A stretch of DNA of 18,930 nucleotides from Myxococcota bacterium (lineage in GTDB: Bacteria > Myxococcota > XYA12-FULL-58-9 > JALHOP01), in NCBI GenBank assembly GCA_041288095.1, contig JBGGMJ010000013.1, positions 1 to 18,930 of the forward strand. Reading direction: 5' to 3'. The position numbers and the translations under genes were made by a program. Below are positions 1-6,303 of the stretch, piece after piece. Position 1 is the first letter of the stretch, and the number at the start of each line of letters is the position of its first letter. Under the pieces are notes generated by a model. The model saw only the letters and a program-made list of their open reading frames with translations. It ran no database searches and was not told where the DNA came from.

Positions 1-86
1 TGGACACATTCGCCATGCTCCCGCGCGGCGCAAGCCTTCAGGGAGACCAAGAGCTCGTCGGATGCTAAAGCGGACAAGTCGTTCAT
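1..86 (-). CDS. 5' fragment of a gene running off the left edge; resembles the N-terminal helix of deltaproteobacterial HNH-endonuclease-domain proteins
   Basis: ATG at 86 (minus) preceded by the SD-like AGGATGAG. Open to position 1, reading MNDLSALASDELLVSLKACAAREHGECV. The LSxLxxDELLxxLxxxxxRE pattern is one I associate with that family, but only 28 codons are visible. Confidence 0.5.
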   Translation of the reverse strand, partial: MNDLSALASDELLVSLKACAAREHGECV

Positions 87-315
87 GACTCATCCTAACA
101 TCGGAAATTTTTGCCCCTTTGCAGCCCCGTGGCGCCCCGCAGACGGCCGCGGATGCGAAAATCACGGAAGCCGCCGAAGAAACGCAACAGCGCGCACGTG
201 AGCGCGCGCCAAGGCCATTCCAGAGCACGTCGGAATCGCTAAGGCGCCAACACCGAAACGCGTCGTCAACACCAAAGTGAAGCCGCTGTCGTTTTTTCAC
301 ACGCCCGCGTACGCA

Positions 316-337
316 AAATGCGCGTTAACGCGCATTT
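316..337. repeat. Perfect 22-bp palindrome AAATGCGCGTTAACGCGCATTT, flanked by smaller perfect palindromes (GCGTACGC 307-314, CCGCTATAGCGG 346-357)
   Basis: Read directly; each sequence equals its own reverse complement. Lies in the non-coding gap 87-511. Confidence 0.85.
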
Positions 338-511
338 CAAAGCGTCCGCTATAGCGGCACGCCCTTTAGAAGCACAACCTCCGGCCCCGCGGAGCAAGCA
401 GACGCCAAGGCAAACGCCCGCCCCCGGGTCTCCTCCACCCCCTCGGTGCAGATCCACCGAGGCCCCAAACAGCAGACGCTAAAACGGCTCGCAAGTGACC
501 GCAAAACGACA

Positions 512-733
512 CTACAACCGCGGCGCGTACGGATCCGACACGCGATCCGGCACCACTTGGCCATCCCGCTGCGTGCTCTCGCAGGAGCAGACCTGACACC
601 CCCGCGCGTCGGTCGTGCAGACCTCTTGGCCCCCGCCGACGCACCACGGCTTGTACTCCGTGCAACCATTCGACGTCGTGTGCGCACAGCTCGCTATGAC
701 GAGCACCGCTCCGACCGCCAGGAGGAGCTTCAC
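512..733 (-). CDS. Small Cys-rich lipoprotein (73 aa)
   Basis: GTG start overlaps the upstream stop (GTGA). Signal MKLLLAVGAVLVIAS-C with a lipobox-type Cys. Six further Cys ending in DARGCQVCSC. Confidence 0.75.
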   Translation of the reverse strand: MKLLLAVGAVLVIASCAHTTSNGCTEYKPWCVGGGQEVCTTDARGCQVCSCESTQRDGQVVPDRVSDPYAPRL

Positions 734-1086
734 GCCGCCTCTCCACGCGCGGCGCGCACCAAGCTGATGGCGCCGAGGTCGGACACCTCGATGACGTACC
801 CTTGCGGAACGACCGTCTGCCCAGGCTCGTACATGACCGCTCGCACCGCATCGGTGAGGCTCTTCAAGCGCTCCCCGTGCAGCCTGTCGCGCATCGCGAA
901 CAACACGATCTGGGGACTGTTGCGGGTGAAATGGTCGATGACGTTCTGGCGCGACGCCGTGAGCGGGCCAGCGGTCGCGCGGATGGCCTCAACCTCGCTG
1001 TTCATCACGTGCTCCATGCGATCGACGTCGATGTCGCCGAGGAGCTCGTCGTGAGCGATGCGGGGAAGGGAACGAGACATGGCCAT
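730..1086 (-). CDS. Hypothetical protein (~118 aa)
   Basis: Protein-like ORF (track 730..1119). GGAG SD upstream of the ATG at 1086 favours that start. Translationally coupled to the 512-733 gene. Confidence 0.65.
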   Translation of the reverse strand: MAMSRSLPRIAHDELLGDIDVDRMEHVMNSEVEAIRATAGPLTASRQNVIDHFTRNSPQIVLFAMRDRLHGERLKSLTDAVRAVMYEPGQTVVPQGYVIEVSDLGAISLVRAARGEAA

Positions 1087-1158
1087 CAAAGATACTCCAA
1101 AGCCTGTGAAATCGCCCATCTCTTGCGTGGACGGGCCTCACACGCCATCTTGCGGGCC

Positions 1159-1692
1159 ATGCGGGTAGGCCTTTGCTGCCTTACAATTCTGACCCTGTCG
1201 GCGTGTGCCAAGGACCCTACGGCACCTACAGAGATCTACTTGAATGTCGCGTCGACAGTCCGCGACATCGAGAAAGTGGTCCTATCCGCCCGTAGTCGCG
1301 AGGGGATCGTCGATGTTATCGAGCGAGATCCCGGCGATCGCGACATCAATATCGACCCTTTGATCGTGCGCTTGATCCCCAGTGTGGGGTTGGGCCTCGA
1401 GATCATCGTCCGCGCCGAGGGCTACAAGAACGGCAATGCGGTGGTCTCGGTCGGCGAAGAGCTCGATTTCCAGGAGAATAATCGCCGGGACCTCGAGATC
1501 GTCATGAACGAGGGGTTCTTCGATGACGATTTCGATCGCGACGGCTACCGCTTATGCGGCACCGGGCCCGTCAACGACGACTCACCGTGTGATTGCGATG
1601 ACAACCTTCCTGACGTGAACCCCTTTGGTCAGGAGCAATGCGGCAACGACGTAGACGACGACTGCAATGGCGAGCCTGACGATGGCTGTTGA
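1159..1692 (+). CDS. Lipoprotein with C-terminal Asp/Cys-rich putative metal-binding (MopE-like repeat) motif
   Basis: Start at ATG 1159 gives the signal and lipobox MRVGLCCLTILTLSA-C. C-terminus DDDFDRDGY...CDCDDNLPDVNP...EQCGNDVDDDCNGEPDDGC fits the DCDD..P...E.C.N.VDDDCNG..DD motif common in myxobacterial proteins. The upstream part of the track ORF (802-1158) overlaps the minus-strand gene and is probably not translated. Confidence 0.8.
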   Translation: MRVGLCCLTILTLSACAKDPTAPTEIYLNVASTVRDIEKVVLSARSREGIVDVIERDPGDRDINIDPLIVRLIPSVGLGLEIIVRAEGYKNGNAVVSVGEELDFQENNRRDLEIVMNEGFFDDDFDRDGYRLCGTGPVNDDSPCDCDDNLPDVNPFGQEQCGNDVDDDCNGEPDDGC

Positions 1693-1795
1693 TCGCGGGA
1701 AGAGGGGCAACCTGCGGCACGGGCTTGCGGAACCACGCGCCGGTACAGCATAAGCGCCGGGAGCAGGTAATTCGTGGTCAGCATCAAGGATAACG

Positions 1796-2731
1796 ATGTC
1801 GGGTGTATCGGTCCCATTCATGCTCGACCCTAAGCTGCGCGATGCGCGGCGCCTTGCGCGCCAACGCGTCAAAGAGGCGCACAAGCTCTTGCGACGCGCC
1901 AAGAGTGGAGTGTCCGAGAGCACGCGGGGCGCCATCCGCGGCAGCGCCGACGAGACCGCCGAGCTCGCCCGTGGCGAAAACGTCGAGGGCATCACCCGCG
2001 CCAGCGATCACCTGAGCGAGCTCATCGACGCGGACCTGGGCTCGTACCGCAAGCCGGCCTGGCGCGAGTCGCTCGAGCAGATCATCGTCGCGGTGCTCGT
2101 CGCCTTGTTGCTGCGCTCGTTCGTGCTCGAGGCTTTCAAGATCCCGAGCGGCTCGATGATCCCGACGCTCGCCATCGGCGATCAAATCTTCGTCAACAAG
2201 TGGGTCTACGGCCTGCGCGTCCCATTCACCTCGATTCGTATGGTGGACTTCGCGCCTCCGAAGAACGGCGACGTCGTTGTCTTCATCTTCCCGAATGAGC
2301 CGCACGAGGACTTCATCAAGCGCGTCGTCGGCGTGCCCGGCGACACAGTGGAAATCCGCCGCGGCGTAATCTACGTGAACGACATCGAGGTCGTGCGCGA
2401 GCCTCGCGGCAAGATGGACGTATGGGATCGCGAAACCAACAGCTCGGTCTGGAGCCAACAGCATAGCATCGCTTACACCGAGCACATGAACGACAAGCGC
2501 TACACCGTGCTCGAAGATCCGGCGGTGTCGCAGCGCTCGAACAACTGGGGCCCGCGCAAGGTGCCCGAGGGCCACATCTTCGTGATGGGCGACAATCGCG
2601 ACCACTCGTACGACAGCCGCGCATGGGGAATGGTGCCGCTCCAGAACGTCCTGGGCCGGGCCATGTTCGTGTGGTGGTCCTGGGGCAAAGACGGCCTCGA
2701 CATCAAACGCCTAGGAACGTGGATTGAGTGA
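1796..2731 (+). CDS. lepB: Signal peptidase I (peptidase S26) with N-terminal helical extension
   Basis: One TM segment, then AFKIPSGSMIPTL (catalytic Ser), DFIKRVVGVPGD (catalytic Lys) and FVMGDNRDHSYDSR (box E). Alternative start ATG 1820. Confidence 0.95.
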   Translation: MSGVSVPFMLDPKLRDARRLARQRVKEAHKLLRRAKSGVSESTRGAIRGSADETAELARGENVEGITRASDHLSELIDADLGSYRKPAWRESLEQIIVAVLVALLLRSFVLEAFKIPSGSMIPTLAIGDQIFVNKWVYGLRVPFTSIRMVDFAPPKNGDVVVFIFPNEPHEDFIKRVVGVPGDTVEIRRGVIYVNDIEVVREPRGKMDVWDRETNSSVWSQQHSIAYTEHMNDKRYTVLEDPAVSQRSNNWGPRKVPEGHIFVMGDNRDHSYDSRAWGMVPLQNVLGRAMFVWWSWGKDGLDIKRLGTWIE

Positions 2732-3464
2732 CCAACCGGTTCTGAACGGCCGGGTGGCTGTCATCACCGGAGGGAGTCGCGGCGTCGGCTACGCGATAGC
2801 GCACGCGTTCGTGACGGCGGGCGCGCGAGTCCTCGTGGTTTCACGCAAGCCCGACGCGGTCCGCGACGCCGTGAGCCGCCTCTGCGTCTCCGGCGAGAAC
2901 GCGCGCGGCTTGGCCCTCGACGTGAACGGGCCCGACGCGGCGCAAAGCCTGACCGCCGAAGCGCAGAAGGCATTCGGCCGCGTCGACATCCTGGTGAACT
3001 GCGCCGGCGTGTTCGTCTACAAACCGCTGCTCGATCTGTCAGCCGCTGATTGGGCGACGTCCTTGGCGACGAACCTGACGGCGCCATTCGTGCTCACGCA
3101 GGCATTCGGCCGCGCGTTCGTGGCCCAGAAGTCCGGCGGCTGCATCATCAACATCACCTCGGTGCATGGCGCTATCGCGGACGCCAACGGCGCGGCGCAG
3201 AGCGCTTCGAAGTTCGGCCTCGAGGGTTTGACCAAGGCGGCGGCCGAGGCGTTGCGGCCGCACGACATCCGAGTCAACGCCATTGCACCGGGCGCCATCG
3301 AACCGGACAGCGCGACGGCGCAGGGCAGCGGGCCGCGCGCTCGGGTGACCCAGGGCGATGTGGCGGCGCTCGCCGTCTATCTCGCGAGCGACGCGGCGCG
3401 AACGATTACGGGCTCGACGATCGAGCTGTTCGGGGTGACCCGTCCGGCCCTCATGCTCGGCTAG
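2724..3464 (+). CDS. Short-chain dehydrogenase/reductase family protein, atypical (YxxxK is QSASK)
   Basis: TGGSRGVG Rossmann motif, DILVNCAG, IINITS, IRVNAIAPG. TTG start overlaps the end of lepB. Confidence 0.9.
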   Translation: MSDQPVLNGRVAVITGGSRGVGYAIAHAFVTAGARVLVVSRKPDAVRDAVSRLCVSGENARGLALDVNGPDAAQSLTAEAQKAFGRVDILVNCAGVFVYKPLLDLSAADWATSLATNLTAPFVLTQAFGRAFVAQKSGGCIINITSVHGAIADANGAAQSASKFGLEGLTKAAAEALRPHDIRVNAIAPGAIEPDSATAQGSGPRARVTQGDVAALAVYLASDAARTITGSTIELFGVTRPALMLG

Positions 3465-3467
3465 AAG

Positions 3468-4742
3468 CTACGGCGCCGGCTTCAGGGGATAGCCCTTCGC
3501 CGCGAACGCGTCACGGACCTGCGCGAAGCCCTTGAGCAGGTAGCGCTCCACCTGCTCCTCGGTGTTCGCGGACGTGAGCGTGATGCGAAGCTCCTCGTGC
3601 CCGCGCGGGATCATCGGGTACGGCCCGAGCGTCAGCAGGACTCCGGCGTCGAGCAGGATCTTCGCGGCCAAGAGTAGGCGCTCGTTGTCGCCGGACCAGA
3701 CGCTGACGATGGGGAAGTAGTTGTCGTTGTCGACGTAGAATCCGAGCTCACGCAGGCCGTCGACAGCCATCTTGGTGAGGGCATAGAGCCGCCGGCGGTA
3801 GTCGTCGCCACGCGCCTCGTTCACCGCCATCGAGGTCAAGAGGCTCTGCAGCGACGCGGTCGGACACGGGCCCGACAAATCGTAGGGCGTCGCGTACGCC
3901 TTGACGAAGCTCATCGTGTTCTTGGACCCGGCGATGCCCGCGGCCATGGACGAGTACGCCTTGGAAAAGCCGGCGACGTACATGAAGTTGTCCGCCTCGT
4001 AGCGCAGACCGGCGCGGCGAACGATACCGTTGCCTCTGTATCCATAAGGCATGTCGGCGTCCGGTCGCTCACCGACCACGCCGAAGCCGTGCGCGTCGTC
4101 GATGTAGACGATGGCGTCGTACTTCTTGGCGAGCGCGGAGAGGCTTCCGAGGTCCGGATACCTGCCGGTCATCGAGAAGACGCCGTCGACCAAGATGACC
4201 TTCTTGGGGTTGGCGCGGTGCTGGTCGAGCAGAGCTTCGAGCGCGGTGAGGTCGCCGTGCGCGAAGCTGCACAGCGTGGCTCCGCTATCGCGGGCCATCT
4301 TGCACGCTTGATACATGGTCATGTGCGCGAACTTGTCGAGGAACATGACGCCGTCTTTGCCGACGAGCGCGGGAATGACACCGATCGAGACGAGCGTCAC
4401 CGTGGGCAAGATGAGGAAGGCTTCGACGCCCAGGAGCTCGGCAAGCGCCTCTTCACATTGATTGTAGAGATGCGGGCTCGCGACCAACCGGCACCAGCTC
4501 GGATGCACGCCCCAGCGTTTGAGCGCGGGCTCGATCTCTTCGATGATCTGTGGCTCGAGATCGAAGCCCAGGTAGTTGCACGAAGCGAAGTCCGCGACCC
4601 ACTGACCGTCGATGCGCAGCATGCGCCCGTCGATCTCGACCGCGGTGGCGTCGAACATGCGCGAGCGCTTGAGCACGTCCTGGATGCTCGCCCGTTGGCC
4701 GCTGACGTTCTTTTCGATGATGCGCTGGAAGATGTCGCTCAT
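3468..4742 (-). CDS. PLP-dependent alpha-oxoamine synthase (AONS/BioF-like superfamily), SxtA C-terminal-domain-like
   Basis: DFASCNYLG, DGVFSM, DDAHGFG, GFSKAYSS (PLP Lys) and LRITLTSANT. Start overlaps the stop of the adenylation gene (ATGA). Confidence 0.9.
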   Translation of the reverse strand: MSDIFQRIIEKNVSGQRASIQDVLKRSRMFDATAVEIDGRMLRIDGQWVADFASCNYLGFDLEPQIIEEIEPALKRWGVHPSWCRLVASPHLYNQCEEALAELLGVEAFLILPTVTLVSIGVIPALVGKDGVMFLDKFAHMTMYQACKMARDSGATLCSFAHGDLTALEALLDQHRANPKKVILVDGVFSMTGRYPDLGSLSALAKKYDAIVYIDDAHGFGVVGERPDADMPYGYRGNGIVRRAGLRYEADNFMYVAGFSKAYSSMAAGIAGSKNTMSFVKAYATPYDLSGPCPTASLQSLLTSMAVNEARGDDYRRRLYALTKMAVDGLRELGFYVDNDNYFPIVSVWSGDNERLLLAAKILLDAGVLLTLGPYPMIPRGHEELRITLTSANTEEQVERYLLKGFAQVRDAFAAKGYPLKPAP

Positions 4743-6292
4743 GGGACCTCGCTCGGCGGCAACTCGGCTTTGAGTCGTTGACGGTCGACCTTACCGCTCG
4801 AGGTGTAAGGAAAGCTCGCGACGATACGCAAGTCGAGCGGCACCATGTAGGCCGGGAGCTGCTGCCGCAGGAGCTCCAGAAGCTCTTCCGGGGTGGCCGA
4901 GCGGTCGTCCGCGAGGAGGACGAAGGCGTGCAGACTGCTGCCGTACTTGGGGTGCGGTCGATGAACGACCACGCACTGCCGGACTTTGTCGTCGCGGCAG
5001 AGCGCGGCCTCGACGTCACCGATCTCGACGCGATAGCCGCGCGTCTTCACCATGTCGTCGCGGCGCCCGAAGTAAGCGATGTTGCCATCGGGGAGGCGCT
5101 TGCCGATGTCACCGGTGCGCCAGAAGCGCAGCGGGAAGCGGTGGAAGCGGCTCCACACGTAGCGCTCCGCGGTGAGCTCGGGCTTTCCCAGGTAGCCGAT
5201 GCAGACGGTACCGCCGTGGCACCAGACCTCGCCGACCTCACCGACGTCGCACAGACGCGGGGGCGTTGCGTCCGTGTCGACGACGATGATGAACGTGTCG
5301 TCGACCTCACGACCGATCGGCACCGGCTCCGTCGGCGGCGTCTCGACCCAGTAGTACGTGATGATGTTGGTCTCGGTCGGCCCGTAGATGTTGCAGACCT
5401 TGGTCTTGGGCATGGCCCGCATGAAGCGCGACAGCATCTCGGGGTGAAAGGGCTCGCCGGCGTAGAGGAAGAGCCGGAGCGGAACGCCCGGGTCGAGGCC
5501 GCCCTTCTCGAGGAGCACCGTCGCCGCCGAGGGGGTCGCGTAGAGCACGGTCGCGCGCTCGCGCCGCATCGCCTCGACATAGGCGCGGTGGCGTTGCTCG
5601 GGGCTCATCCCTTCGAGCGTGCCGCGGCGCTGATCGATGACGATGAGGGTCGCGCCTCCGAGCAGCGTGGTGAAGATGTCGAAGACCGAGAAGTCGAAGT
5701 TGAGCGGCGAGCGGGCGGCGACGCGGTCATCCGGCCCTATGGCGAACTCCTTCGCCATCCACGCCACGAAGGTGATGGCGTTTCGGTGCGTGAGCATCAC
5801 GCCCTTGGGCGTTCCGGTCGATCCCGAGGTGTAGAGGACGTAGGCGAGGCCGTCGAGGATCTCCGGGCGAGTGGGGCGAGGGCGACTCGGCGCACCAGCC
5901 GCGGCTGCGTCCGGATGGATGATCCGCTGTAGCGGCTCGCCCTGGAGCTGCGCGCCATCCGGGTAGGCGACCGGATCGATGATCGCCGTGCGAAGCCCCC
6001 CGTCGGTGATGATCTGACGCAAGCGCTGCGGCGGCGCGAGTACGTCGAGCGGCACGTAGGCGCGGCCAGCGCGCAGCACGCCCAAGATGCTCACGATGGT
6101 CGCCTGTGTGACCGCGGAGCTCACCCCGACCAGATCTTCGTCGTCCGCGAGCACTCCCAAAAGGTGGTTTGCGACCCGGTTCGCCTGCGCGTCCAGCTCG
6201 GCATAGGTCATCGAGCGATCGCCCTCGATGAGCGCGACCCGGTCGGCGAAACGCGCGAACGCGGGGTCCAAGAGGGTGTGCAGCTGGAACAC
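4739..6292 (-). CDS. Standalone amino-acid adenylation enzyme (NRPS A-domain type, PltF/RedM/DltA-like), no fused PCP
   Basis: A3 YTSGSTGTPKG, A4 FDFS, A5 NIYGPTE, A7 RTGD, A8 GRRDDMVKTRGYRVE and A10 SSGKVDR. GTG start with AAGGA SD. Confidence 0.92.
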   Translation of the reverse strand: MFQLHTLLDPAFARFADRVALIEGDRSMTYAELDAQANRVANHLLGVLADDEDLVGVSSAVTQATIVSILGVLRAGRAYVPLDVLAPPQRLRQIITDGGLRTAIIDPVAYPDGAQLQGEPLQRIIHPDAAAAGAPSRPRPTRPEILDGLAYVLYTSGSTGTPKGVMLTHRNAITFVAWMAKEFAIGPDDRVAARSPLNFDFSVFDIFTTLLGGATLIVIDQRRGTLEGMSPEQRHRAYVEAMRRERATVLYATPSAATVLLEKGGLDPGVPLRLFLYAGEPFHPEMLSRFMRAMPKTKVCNIYGPTETNIITYYWVETPPTEPVPIGREVDDTFIIVVDTDATPPRLCDVGEVGEVWCHGGTVCIGYLGKPELTAERYVWSRFHRFPLRFWRTGDIGKRLPDGNIAYFGRRDDMVKTRGYRVEIGDVEAALCRDDKVRQCVVVHRPHPKYGSSLHAFVLLADDRSATPEELLELLRQQLPAYMVPLDLRIVASFPYTSSGKVDRQRLKAELPPSEVP

Positions 6293-6303
6293 GGGTTATC
6301 CTT

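Noticed and set aside
87-511. CRISPR array, tRNA or coding ORFs (266..457, 349..687) in the left gap
   Set aside because: No regularly spaced repeats or cloverleaf; the ORFs lack convincing starts and protein-like composition.
1113-1158. Imperfect direct repeat (CGCCCATCTCTTGCG / CGCCATCTTGCG) between divergent genes
   Set aside because: Short and gapped; could be chance, so not called as an operator.
3468-4742. Calling this gene bioF or sxtA, or the locus a saxitoxin cluster
   Set aside because: No bio genes are adjacent and the motifs differ from BioF. It lacks the SxtA methyltransferase, GNAT and ACP domains, and no sxtG/sxtB-like genes are in the window.
4739-6292. dltA assignment
   Set aside because: No dltB/C/D neighbours, and the context is secondary-metabolic.
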